Shown piece by piece: positions 52,160 through 64,000 of a DNA stretch of 64,000 bases. A program made the translations under genes and the position numbers. Under the pieces are notes generated by a model, which was not told the origin of the DNA, made no database searches, and was given only the letters and a program-made list of their open reading frames with translations. Position 1 is the first letter of the stretch. The number at the start of each line of letters is the position of its first letter. This DNA comes from Yuukianura sp. NJ FZ-2021 (lineage: Eukaryota), in NCBI GenBank assembly GCA_046563655.1, contig CM102285.1, positions 5,952,001 through 6,016,000 of the forward strand, written 5' to 3'.

Positions 52160-54110
52160 TCTGCCGATTTCTAGGTACGTTATTCAACTTTTGTTAAAGT
52201 GTGTAATTGTTCTAAAAAGTGTGAAAATCGTTTTTTTGACTTTGCTCGATGCTGTCAGGAATTATATAGGGGACAATTTGTAGGATTCATTATTTTCCCA
52301 GGGTCGAAGTTATGAAAAACGGGAAATTCGTAACAGCTATGGCTACATAATAAAAACATCAAAGTCAGAAAATTGTTGCAAAACAGAATAGCAAACGCCG
52401 TACAGAAAACTATTATAATCTTTTATTCCCTCTTTCACTCTTCACTACATAAATTAACCGCAGTTAGGTTTCTAGAATTGAAACATTTAAAAAATTTGTA
52501 AAAAATGTAAAAAAGTAGTATCATGCAAATTTGATATTTGTGACATGTTGCCACAGAACACTTTTGCATTGACTGTCACTATTAGAAAGGTCATTTGAAA
52601 GTTTAACAATTTTAGACAACGACTAACCTTCGCTTTAAACTTTTTTCCGTGGAATATTAGTCATTTATTGCGAAAATATTTCTTAAAAATTCGCTGTTGG
52701 ATGTCCGTGACACCATTTTCCAGATTTTGAAAGTCAAATTTTGAAACCGAATGTAATTATTTACAGATATTCCCTCTAATTGCAACTAAAACTTTGACCT
52801 TGTGTTCTCGCGTTGTCGGAATTCGAGTGGTACACGTAGACTTGGATTTATGTACCATAAATCATGTGAAGCACCGGAAATAAAGGAAGCTTAGCAAATT
52901 TCAACTCCCGCGCAATCGTTTAACCCCGAGTTTATTTTATTCGTAAAAGAAGAACTTTTTTTTTGTCAAATCAAATCAGTCTCAATGACATTTATGGAAA
53001 TATGTTTTCATGAGTTGTTCATTTCAACGGAAATGTTTCAAAATTGTCATGACAGTTTTACGAAACTTTTTAGATAATTTTCTAAGGTCTTAAGTGACGA
53101 CATGTCAAACTTAATTTGAATGTCTGTAAATGTTTAGTTGGTGAATGTAATACCCATCTCTGATGTAAAATTGTGTTAAAATGGCTTAGGGGAAATTGAG
53201 ATTGATGGTCAGTTTTTAGAATGGTGATGAATTGTTAGTTTCTGGATCTTTGTTTGTGGCAGCATCATTTGTCACTCTGAAACATAAATCCGCAGTCATC
53301 ACAAGTCTCGCATTTCATCACAAACGTCTTTGCATTTCAATTCAAAAGAGATTCGGAGTGTTACAAATAGTAAAACGGCATAGTGGTGCCAAGTGGTGGT
53401 CGGAATTGGTGCGTCATGGTGTCTAGCTTTTATTCCAATGTCTAGATTACCTGTGCGTTCTAGAGAATTTCGGAGATTTCGATCTTAGTAAATCCCGATT
53501 TGTGCATTCATTTTTAATGTAATTGCAAAAATTAACTTAACGTTTCCCCTAACAACCGTGGCGTGTTATTTTTGATTCTGCCCCACTGTGCAGGAGTAAG
53601 CGCATGCGTTCGTGTACAAACATTTCCTCTGGGTAATGAATTCTGCGTATTTCGAAGCTTTGATATATCCAGAAACTTCCCTTTGAACGAACAAAGCATC
53701 CTGTTAATGCCAGCGCTTGTCACCACTGCAGAAGTTAGCAAAAGAATAAATTTTTTCAGTACTTTTTATCTACAGTCTACATTACAGTCTACAGTATTTT
53801 TTGCGAGAAATGTATTTCAATTTATTTATTTGAATTCAATTTATTAAGTTTGAGAGAGTAGTTAGTAAGGGTTGTATTTTTTTTCAACACTAGGATATTG
53901 GTCCCGATTAAGCGACTCGACTTTAGTTTAAATGCGCAATGGTTTAAATATTGAACACTCGGAAGCAACGTAACAAGTTTTGCTATAGTAATCAACTTTA
54001 TAGCTAACAAAATAGCTAAGAATTTTAACAGACTGTTATTCTCTGACTGTTTTTCTTACATAAAGAAATGCATCAAAATTCGCCATGATCCTAATTCATA
54101 AATCTGCTTA

Positions 54111-55264
54111 TTACAACAAAATTTGAATTGTTCCAGTGTAAACTTCTTGGATATGGAACTTCAGGCCAGACAATAGTTCACACACGTGAATTGCAGAACG
54201 TGTATGCTCTGTCAGTGGGGCTAAGGTTGTAAATGAAGAATTCTTTGAAGGCTCTTGCAATTTGGCTAGACTCATATAGATTATCAACTGATCCTGCATG
54301 AAACTGTCCACCGAAACGTGCTCGTGGGAATTGATTGTGGTATTAACTTCTAACTCAACGGCTTTAATCGCCGCATCAACTTCATCCGCAGTTGGTTTGG
54401 GTGGTCTACCTTCTACTAGTTTGTAGAATCCAAATGAAGCATGTTCGTACTTGAGGAAATATTCAACGGATGCGTAGCTGACTCTTCTTGTTTCTACAGC
54501 TGTAGCCTTTACAGAATTCATCTGAGCTAATAAGCGCGCTTGATTATCCTTGAAAAGGGGCGGCGTGAGATTTAAGATTGCACTAACTTCCAACAGCCTT
54601 CCTCTTGTATTCATGTTAAGATGATGAAATTTGCCACCCCCGACAGTCGACAGAACAACAATACCTCCGCCTCTAGGGAAATAACCTGTAAAAATTTGAA
54701 CTTGAATTTGATCGGGAGTTGAAAAAATAGACGAGCAACAACAATAATAATATACCTGGACGAATTTGCTGGAGATTACAGTTGTACCCAATTGCTGTCA
54801 TAGAAGGAAAGAAGACGCGGTTCATGTAGTCAGTGTTTGGTGCCTTTAACACGTGCGTACCACCAATAATCGTTACTCTCCGCGAGACGGAAAGGGATAG
54901 CAGATATGGCAAAAGAGCTTGTACACAAAGCATAACGCTTCCGGCAGTCACCAGGTCTATGGTTTCCTCGAAATTGGAGCTACCACTTAGGTCTGTATTC
55001 TGCTCTTCGCTAGGATTTAAGTCAAAGGCGGTGGTTCCTTTCCTAATTTCAGAGGTCTTTGCTCCAGTGAAACGTTTCAAAGCTAGAATGCTGTAGAGAT
55101 GCTGTGAAGCAAGTCCGGGATTTGGTCGATTGGCTCTGATTTTAATCACGCGTATTTTCTTTCTTAGAATACTTGCGAGGGTGACAGCGTTCCGAATGAG
55201 TTGACCTCCTCCTTCTCCAAAAGACCCGTCTATCTCGACCCATTTGTTATCGTTGGAGTCTGCC
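54111..55264 (-). CDS. RTCA: RNA 3'-terminal phosphate cyclase (two main exons ~54756-55264 and ~54144-54686; termini uncertain)
   Basis: IDGSFGEGGGQLIR, IRANRPNPGLASQH, TAGSVML, GGTHV, GYFPRGGG, MQDQLIIYM, LTEHTRSAI. Confidence 0.9.
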
Positions 55265-55857
55265 TGTAACAAAACCAAAGCTTGCTTTATACAGTATAGG
55301 TATAGTGTTTCCTTTTTTCCCGTTTCCTTTTTTTCTGTTGAAAGCAGCTTTCGGTTCTGTTCATATACAAAAGTTGCCTAACCTAAACTATTTTTCTATT
55401 CTGTTCTTGAATTCATGCAAACTTGCAAATCATTTTTTCCGCGGTACAAAAATTGGCAAATTGCACGACGATTCTAGCGCCGATTTTCTACCTATGGCAC
55501 GAACATTCTGATTACCGATCCGCGGTGCATTAAAATATCTCATTATCCGTCTGTAAATTGTAAATGCCTTAAAAACTGCAATAAGATCTCTAATTTAGGT
55601 TGCATACAGGATTCCGGTCCCAGTTTTCAAAATTTTCTAAGTACAAAGTAGGTTTGGTGTGACCTGGTGCGGTCACAGGTCAATCCGAAGGTTTCTCCGC
55701 ACACTTTAGGTTGATCTGTGACCTCAGGGAAGGGTCACAGGGTCATACTTTATAGGACCAACAATGATTCCCTTATGACCCTGAACAAACCTCGTAGAGG
55801 TCATTTTTGGGGTTGTCTAAGGTCAGTTTTTGAAAAGTATACTACGAAAGGGCATGG

Positions 55858-56063
55858 GGCAGGAGTAAGGCAGAGCCCGCGTGGGTCAATAGTCCATATC
55901 CCCTCCGGTATCCCCTCCAATTATTGTTGTTGCATTGTTGCAAGTTAGGTTAGGTTAGGTCCGAGCGTAGCTAAATCGGGCAACATTGGAACGACAACAA
56001 TTGAAGGGTATACCGGAGGGGATATGGACGATTAACCCACGCGGGCTCTGCATTACTCCACCC
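55858..56063 (+). mobile_element. Palindromic MITE, GGAGTAAGGCAG family copy 2
   Basis: GGGCATGG|GGCAGGAGTAAGGCAG ... CTGCATTACTCCACCC|GGGCATGG; loop GTTAGGTTAGGTTAGG. Confidence 0.9.
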
Positions 56064-56559
56064 GGGCATGGGCTGGACTTAGAAAATTTCGAGTGCGTTA
56101 AAGTTGGTCCATTCCAACCCAACCTCTAATTAAACCTAAACAGGAAACTCATGACCTTATGTCCCTTTATTACAATTATTAATCGCTCTTACCGATGTCA
56201 ATCCACCCTCCATTTCTAGAAATCTCAACAATAAATAACAAAGCAACTGTCAAGTCCTTTAACTACCAAACCAATTTAGCACTGTAAGAAGTAAGATGTT
56301 GCAAAAGTGTCGGCTGTCTAATCCTCTGTCAACGCCGGAAAATGCATTCTAAGAATTTCCGTACGTTTCGCGAGCTTCATTTGCTCTTTGTTCTAATACA
56401 TTTGGCCCACTTTTAGTAAACGAGTCTTATCAATCTAACCAAAACCTATTTACTAGTTCATATAACCCACTTAAGCATTGTCTTGAATTAATACAGCGAG
56501 TGGAGAAGGAGATCACTTTCGCAGTCAGTCGTTTTTTGACATGGTCATGCTCTATGATA

Positions 56560-57000
56560 ACCGCTAAAATGACCGACACAAAAGTTGTTGCTCTTGAGAA
56601 GAGAAGCAGAAGCAACTTTTTGCAACGATGTCGCTGTGAGCGAATATTCTTGAACATAATGCGTCCAACGCGGAGTATATTGAGTATGTTTTTAAGGCAG
56701 TCACAATAAATAAAATGGCAGCTACGCTACACGAACGCCTTGCGATGTCGCTGTGAGCGAATTTCTTGAATGCAATCAATCCAGCGCGGGGGACCCCAAT
56801 GTTAAAGTTACGAAGGTTTTGGAGTATGTTTTTGTCACGCCGTCATGATCCATAAAATGACTGTAACGCTACAAGAACGCTTACGATGTCGCTTTGAGCG
56901 AATATTCTTGAACGTAATGAGTCCAACGCGGGCTCTATTGAGTATGTTTTTAAGGCCGTCATGATAAATAAAGTGACAGCTAAGCTATACGATGTCAGAA
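56560..57000. repeat. Three degenerate direct repeats of about 120-140 bp
   Basis: GATGTCGCTGTGAGCGAATATTCTTGAA...TCCAACGCGG...GAGTATGTTTTT recurs near 56627, 56744 and 56885. Confidence 0.8.
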
Positions 57001-57232
57001 ATACTTCGGCAACATTTTTGGAGCATTTTTGGGTCAATATTTCGAAATTTTTGTTTGTCGATGGTGATTTGTTTATTATAATTATAGCTGCAAAACATAT
57101 GTGCTAAAAACCAGTGAAATATTTATTTAATATTTACTATCAAAACCCGAAAATATTTATCTAAATATTTACTAAAATGGGCAGTATTTATTGGGGAAAA
57201 GGTTATTTTGCATTAAAAAGTCGGAAATTTAC

Positions 57233-57712
57233 CGTGTTCGGACACCCCCGTCCCCACTGGGGATGGGGGATGGGGATTTGGGGGCCAATCCCCGGGGACA
57301 TTATACTCGAATTGGGGGTGGGGATTTAAAATTAAATTCGGCTAAAATCGGACGGCCGACGACACTCCAAAACTCTTTTGGCGCGAACCGTTTGAATCAA
57401 ATCTCTAAACAACTAGTGAAAAAACATTCCGCACAACATTTTACTACAAAATTTCGAATTTTTCAAAATTTCATTGATTCTTACATACAAAACCACATAA
57501 ATCATCAGTCATCTTAGAATAATTCACTCAACCAAACTAAACACCGAACTTACATTACCTAAGGACATCGATAATCAGCAGTTGAGTGTGAATTGACGTA
57601 TCAATTCGTATATAACGCAATTTAATTTATGTATTTACGAATTATTATGTAATTACGAGTTAAGCGAAATTAATTAATCTTGTTAAATTAATTAATTAGC
57701 TTGTATGAAATA

Positions 57713-57789
<77 letters not shown>

Positions 57790-58534
57790 TATTGGGGGGA
57801 GCAGTCACCCATATTTAGGTGACTAACTCACGCTGAGCATTCGCTTATATGGAATATTTCAACATCAACCCCTTTAGAAACAGCGTTATTTTTTGTCATT
57901 TCTGAGCAAACACACATTATGATAATCTGAATGTCATCACCATACGGAGGTGGTCCGTATTCTGATAGGCAATCAGATTGAATGAGTATTAATGGACTGG
58001 TTCAAGGAGTAGTAATCGGAACCCCCCGCAAACTGCGAAGCTCTTACCTGCTGCTCCAAAGGATTACAGACCTCTGACTCAAGGTCAGCTTGGTACTGTA
58101 ACACAGCAGGCAGTTCTTGCAGAAGCGGTTGCCCCAACACACACTCCTTTATATTGGGGCGTCCACAGAGCAGCCCGCGGAAAGGAGAGAAGTCCAGCAC
58201 TTGCCTCCCTGCTTCGGGACAGGGAGGACCCACGGCCTCGAATTCTTTTTTCCTTCCCCACGGGCTGGTTGCGAACCCACGTCGGCCAGTGGAAAAGCAT
58301 TGACGGCTTAACCACTGAGCCAACTCGCCCCTTATGAAATAGGATGACAAAATAGCGTCTTTTTGAGAAACAGAATGAGAGGCAAAGATAACAGCCATAA
58401 ATGGTGTGCAGAATAAATTAGGTTTCAAATTTCCTGCGGCTGTGCGCGCATGCGCAATGCTATTCTTCTGCTAAACCCCCAATTCCCCAAATCCCCGGGG
58501 ACATCATCTAATCCCCGGGGATGTCTGAACACTG
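57233..58534. mobile_element. hAT-like non-autonomous element with 8-bp TSD
   Basis: AAATTTAC|CGTGTTCGGACACCCCCG ... GGGGATGTCTGAACACTG|AAATTTAC; subterminal ATCCCCGGGGA motifs. Confidence 0.75.
57717..58332 (-). mobile_element. tRNA-derived SINE with (TA)n tail and 13-bp TSD
   Basis: Head GGGGCGAGTTGGCTCAGTGGTTAAG (A box) ... GGGTTCGCAACC (B-box-like); 3' hairpin, AATAAA, then (AT)n; TSD TATGAAATAGGAT at 57704-57716 and 58333-58345. Confidence 0.85.
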
Positions 58535-60727
58535 AAATTTACATGAATTTCGGTATTAACTGACATACATCGGAGGCCTTACTTTCTGTTATGAAGAAAC
58601 ACCTTAACAAGAGATTTCACGCCAAGGAAAAACATGACTCTTTTTCGAAGGAAACATTTTTGCCGAGATATCATATAAACCAGTGGATTGCCGAGTTTTC
58701 TTTACAAAAATCGGCGAAATATCATGTTAAAAACTTGATATTTTCAAAAATCGCCATAAATGTTGTGAAATATTGAGAATTTTTGTAAATATTTTAAATT
58801 TTCTTTTTTGCCCAAATATTTTTTTTAAATATTCAAATATTTTATATTTAAAAGTATATGGTTTGCAGTGTTTATGTACGTTTTCCGTCCTGGCATAGGG
58901 TGTTCGAAACGGATACCGAGAGATCACAGAAGTGCTGGTCGCCGCCGAGTGGTAAAATATTTGTTCCTGTTGCCTGTCCCAACTGCCTCAAAAATTCGTA
59001 AAAATCTGTCAATAAAAGAGCAAAAATTAAGCATAATTACGAAGACCCAAGACAACTACATGGTGGTAACAAGAAATCTGTGACGACGTATTCGACATAG
59101 AGATTAAAGCGAAACTCAAATTTTCTGTTGCGATTTTGCGGCGACATGGTTTTATAATCGTCTCAACTCAACATTATTTTCAATATGAACATTTTACTTT
59201 ATATACCGTATTTCCTTGACTACAAGCCGCGGCATATCTAAGAAATTTCGGAAAATTTTGAAAAAAAAAAATTCCTCTTTTCCTGAAAACTAGAGATTTT
59301 TTTTAATCAAGAGCAGGAATTGTGTGAAAACGTACTAGACTCTACGTTAAACTGTTCTAATCTAGTGTCAATTCAGCAAATCCATCAAATTTCAACGATC
59401 AAATTTCAAACTTCATGATGCTCTTGGGTGTCTGAGTCTGACTCTTCCTCCGACTCATCAGAATATGCTGGAAAATTACGATTGTTTCTGAAACGACAAC
59501 TTTTTTCAGCAACGGCATATATTTTTGTAACTACAGAGGCTTTTAAAATGACTGCCTATTGTCAGAAGAAATTTGAGCGTGACGCTTCTGGGTTTTATGA
59601 AACTCTACGACTCTCCCGCGAGTTTTGCGCAAAAACAAGGAACAACAAAACGGAGAAACATTAAAATTTTAACTAAACAGTTTTATTTTTCTGTAAAAAC
59701 TTTACTTTTAGAAATTTTTGAATTTAGATTGATTTTTTAAAACTTTGTTTTACTGACCAAGTTTAGGATCTGTCATTGTTTAGCAAAAGACCGCGCAATT
59801 TCTGGAGGGAAAAGAGGAGTTGAGTTTTCTCCCAAAAGGTGGCTACCTACGATGAGCGCTATCACTATGACCTTGGGACAGTCATTTTAAAAGCCTCTGT
59901 ATATAATCGATGACTTCATTCTAGACCATAAAATGCATTTTCTGTTGCTGGAAAAAGTCAACAGGAAATTTTTCCCCTCTAGACTTTGTACTCTTTATGA
60001 TGCAGTGATGTACTGTCTTCCGGAAGATTCTTCCCAAGGTTGCTATAGCAACCAATCGTATTGCTACAAGAGGTTAGTCAATACCTCCGAGGTTTATAAA
60101 AATTGCTTCATCCTTCCGACATCGGGAAGTTTTGAAGACGGAAGCCTAAAAGACAAAATATTCTTTGGAAGCCGGAGGCCGGAAGCTTGGAAGACAAAAC
60201 ATTCTCTGGAAGTCGGAGGTCGAAAGAATGGAAGCCGGATCAGCTGTTTCCTTTCGGAAGACTGGAAGGCGGAAGAAATTACAAGGGTGGTGTGATGTCC
60301 GCCAATGAAGGACAAACCGTACGTAAAATGCCGGACGCATCGGACAATAGCAATGTGTTGCTGGCTATCCATTTTTTCGACATTTTATCCACGGCTGCGT
60401 ATCTATGCATGCGCATGGAAGGATCTTGGTGGCAAAATTGTTTTAACTTTTCGCTCGTTAAAAAACGTTTCGCGAATTAAAAACGACACTTTTCGCCATT
60501 TAAAGTAACGAGCGAAAACATTTTTAATTGGTGAAACATTTATTGCAGTAAAAGTCAATTGCAGGAAAGAATCAATTGCAGTAACTAAGGAAAAATGTTT
60601 TCTTGTAATTGATTTTTCCTGCAATTAAGTTTTGATTTTCTGCAATAATTGCAATTATCTGCAATTGATTTTTTGTTTGATCAAGCAAAAGTAGCAAAAG
60701 TGGTGAATTAAATTATTTGGCTGTGTG

Positions 60728-61082
60728 TGCGCATGTTAAAAATAGAAAAATTTCGAGAAAATGGTCAATGACATCTCCTGGCAACCCAAAAAATCACCTC
60801 TACGAAAGTTGTGCTTGATAAGGGGATCATTTTTTTGTCCTATTACCTATGACCCTATCTCCCTGAGGTCATCGGTCAATTTGAAGGTCTAACCCAACCT
60901 AACCTATCCTAACTTTCAAATTGACCTATGACCTCAACGGAAGGTCACAGGGTCATAAGTCAGAGAACAAAAAATGATCACCTTATCTTATCAAGCCGAA
61001 CCACTTTTGTAGAGGTCATTTTTGGGGTTGTCAGGAGAAGTCATTGACCCTTTTCTCGAAATTTTTGTTTTTAACATGCGCC
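60728..61082. mobile_element. Foldback MITE with degenerate CCTAA repeats in the loop
   Basis: GCGCATGTTAAAAA..AAATTTCGAGAAAA..GGTCAATTTGAAG / CTTTCAAATTGACC..TTTTCTCGAAATTT..TTTTTAACATGCGC; loop CTAACCCAACCTAACCTATCCTAAC. A related fragment lies at about 55710-55830. Confidence 0.82.
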
Positions 61083-62056
61083 CGTATAGGTATAATCCAA
61101 CCGTCCTCCGCCTACTGTCCACCGTCCACTCGACATCGTCCAGTAGGATAGGACCCTCCTATATCCTTGTGGAAGAGTTGATTAAGCCATTGGACATTTA
61201 ACCATGAACAAAGGGAATCGAGTTGGAATTTGGAGATGGATTTTAATTTGATGTGCTAACAAGTAAACTAAAAAATGCGACCTCTCTAATCCAGAGATAA
61301 CGCAGACTATCATTCAGTTACAAAATTCACAATTCTGTTGAGATAAACGAGCGCTGCATCCACTGTAAACACACCCACTGTTTGGCTCTCATTTCAAATT
61401 TTTAAAATAACTACCCACAAGTTTACCCAAATAAACCAGAATGTAACCCTCTTTCTATACAAGCAATAAAAAAAGTGAGCCTCAGCGATTAAAAGAATTT
61501 TTTTAACTCTTCTTCCTTGGGAGCCCCAACCCTTATTTTTAACCTTCTTGTGTTGTTTACACGTCTCCAATCTTCGTCCTTACTTCAACCAAGAATTACA
61601 AAAAAGTCACAGTGTTACTCACTCATCTCTTTCAGAAACAAGTGTAGGGTTCGGATCAAGGATTAAGGAGGAGATACTATTTGACATTCTGTACGGTAAT
61701 TCTAATTAAGATGTGAATTATGACTGAACAATTGACAGTGAGTTTATTCCGGTATTTTTGTTTCAGTGTATTTGAAAGGAGTGCTTATTTTACTCATCAT
61801 CAACCACAACCCCACAATACCAGGATCCGGGAACATTGTTGAATTCTAATAACAGTTGTGTGGTCAGCTCACCGTATAGTGAATGTTTTACGGTAGTGAC
61901 GGCATACGGTATACATAGTTTTTTTTTCGTGAGACAATGATTTTTTAGCTAAATTGCAGTTATTCTGCAGTTGGAAACCACCACCCTGACGTAAGACATA
62001 ACTAAATTTAACATGTGTTTGTGTTATGTCTTAATATCTTATTTATAAGAGTTAGG

Positions 62057-62234
62057 GGTTGGAGAGTAGATCCACAGTCTGTTTTTCTTTTAGTTCTTTT
62101 AGTTATAGGTTATCAAATCAGGACACAGTGCACGACACATTCACCTTCCACACCGTGCACTGCACTGTGTCCTGATTTGATAACCTAACTAAAAGAACTA
62201 AAAGAAAAACAGACTGCGGATCTACTCTCCAACC
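62057..62234. mobile_element. Palindromic MITE, GGTTGGAGAGTAG family copy 2
   Basis: Shares termini and TTATCAAATCAGGACACAGTGCA with 21926-22103; arms self-complementary; no TTAGG in the loop and no clear TSD. Confidence 0.85.
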
Positions 62235-62410
62235 ACAAACTGTTCAGTTTGGGTGCCACAATAGCAACAGCGTATGGAATTAGCAGATCTTATAAAAGCC
62301 CAACCCCCGCCACCATTAAATTAAAGTATCATTTTGTAATATGATGCATAAACCCGGTTAATTGCAGTTTCATTCTTGGATGGGCGGTGGCTTTGGTAAT
62401 TGCTTAACCT

Positions 62411-62623
62411 GGCAGGAGTAAGGCAGATGTAGAGTGAGTTATTCATCCATATCCCCTCCGGTATGCACTCCAATGGATCCGTCATTGATGTTGCCGATTG
62501 TTAATGTTAGGTTAGGTTAGGTAACGTCTGACTATAGTGGCAACATCAAGGTTAGGTTCACTGGAGTGCATGCCGGAGGGGATATGGGAAAATAACGTAT
62601 TCCACATCTGCCTTACTTCACCC
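62411..62623 (+). mobile_element. Palindromic MITE, GGAGTAAGGCAG family copy 3
   Basis: CTTAACCT|GGCAGGAGTAAGGCAG ... CTGCCTTACTTCACCC|CTTAACCC; loop GTTAGGTTAGGTTAGG. Confidence 0.88.
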
Positions 62624-62724
62624 CTTAACCCAGTTTTTAAAGTTAAACGATATCAAGAGAGGAAGAGACTTCGGGACGTTCATTAAAAATGGAACGAAAA
62701 CGGTTTATGACTGTGGCACTTACG

Positions 62725-64000
62725 CAGCCAGGCGCGACCGAGTCGCAAATCGAAAAGTCGCTCCCAGGAGCGACTAGTCGCAGCCAGGTTAGGAAAAGTC
62801 GCAAGTGGAAGTGACTTTGCAGTTTTTCGTGTTTAGGAGGTATTTTCCACCAGTGAAAGATTGAGTTTTTTAGTTTAATCGAAAGAAAATTACTTTTTTT
62901 TTAAATTTTCACCGTGGGGTTTCTTGCCCTTCGGACGGGTTAAAAGTTAATCAAAAAACCGTTTTCAAATTCCGAATTTTTGCTGTTTGCGGCGTTTATT
63001 TTTCATAAGCAGGGTACCACGATTTAAGAAATTTTGTCTAGTTTTTTAGTCAGTAATTTAGTTTTCGATAGCTTAAGCAATTTCCGAGATATTCTCAAAA
63101 AAGTGAAGGGAAGTCGAGCAGGTCCCAGCTAGAGTAGGCCGGGTCGCTGCCTAATGCGACCAAAGAATTAAAACCAGGGAACAGATCGGCAACGTTGTAA
63201 TGCGTTAATTTCACATCATAACATGAATTAATCCAATGTTCAAATAAGTGAAATAATTCATACGAAACAAATTCCTAAAACACATTAGTGTAAGTTTAAC
63301 TGAAATATATTTTATATCAACCAATTATTAACACGACATGTTACCCTTACTATATTTGGTACGTTGAAGCAGTGCACGTAGTCTGTATCATTCGTATAAT
63401 ACGTGGTATAATACCCGTATTTTTTATGGTGCCTGAATGCTAAATATATTCAGGATGTATAATACGTATTATGCAGTTATACGTATAATACGGTATAATA
63501 CAGTATATATCCGAAAAATACGGTATTTTACGTCCCGTGTGTTAAAGTATTAGTTAAATCTCAAAATCTCACAAGTTAAAAATTTTAATATAAAGGATGT
63601 CCACTCAGGGTTCATATGTTTTGAACCAATTGGTTTACACCATGTTTTAAATCATGGCTTATACCAAGTGGAGTAATATTTAAATTAACGGTCGAATTCA
63701 TCATTCCGTGAAGAAGATGAACACATCTTAGTCGAGCACGGCACATGTCCACTAAAATTTATGTTATCATAAATTATTCTTGTTATAAAAATCCGTTTAC
63801 AATTGTATATACCAAAAATGAAAAACGTGATTTTAATCAGTATAAAAGTATAAAATGGGGTTTGAATGTAAAACTGCACAGTAAATATGGGCAACAGCGC
63901 TTTTCAAGGAAATTTGCGACCGGTCGCTTCCAGTAGCGACTTTCCGTGCTTTGGTAACAAATTCAACAGATGGCTCTCGCAAGCGGTCGCTCCTGGAGGC
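62725..64000. mobile_element. Probable DNA-transposon remnant with GCGAC/GTCGC subterminal repeats, reaching the window edge
   Basis: CCAGGCGCGACC..AAAGTCGCTCCCAGGAGCGAC at the left is mirrored by GTCGCTTCCAGTAGCGACTTT..GGTCGCTCCTGG at the right. Confidence 0.55.

Noticed and set aside
53532..54091. Candidate last exon(s) of the RNA cyclase, including a possible third in-frame TGA (DHGEF*CISL)
   Set aside because: Several acceptors are possible and none gives a recognisable C-terminus, so I cannot define it.
58250..58332. tRNA gene
   Set aside because: A and B boxes are present, but I see no convincing cloverleaf, and it is the head of a TSD-flanked SINE.
59933..60670. Cluster of short ORFs with CCGGAAG and AATTGC repeats
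   Set aside because: Low-complexity repeat-derived sequence with no recognisable protein.

Overview
Eukaryotic, intron-containing arthropod DNA. A springtail (Collembola, Folsomia-like) is my inference, from the chemoreceptor families, the TTAGG repeats and the bacterial-type genes. The conserved core holds Sec61beta (+), a ZFP64-like zinc-finger gene (-), EDC4/Ge-1 (-), a ZDHHC2/15/20-type palmitoyltransferase (+), PSMD7/Rpn8 (-) and an RNA 3'-phosphate cyclase (-). Around it lie fast-evolving accessory genes: a frameshifted gustatory-receptor-like gene, a truncated acid sphingomyelinase, and a three-copy array of intronless ionotropic-receptor-like genes (one intact, two damaged). There is also a tail-to-tail pair of secreted bacterial-type genes: a two-exon BP74/CaM-BP15-like gene that the ORF track splits and misses, and a bacillopeptidase-F-like S8 protease. 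Non-coding DNA is dense with non-autonomous transposons: hAT and Tc1-type MITEs, a DD37E transposase remnant with a nested foldback element, Helentron/DINE-like copies and a tRNA-derived SINE. The most notable observations are (1) the probable horizontally acquired, intron-bearing gene pair, (2) GG-ended palindromic elements with 8-9 bp TSDs carrying oriented telomeric TTAGG repeats in the hairpin loop, and (3) two genes interrupted by TGA exactly where Trp is expected. Family calls come from motif recognition by eye, not database searches.
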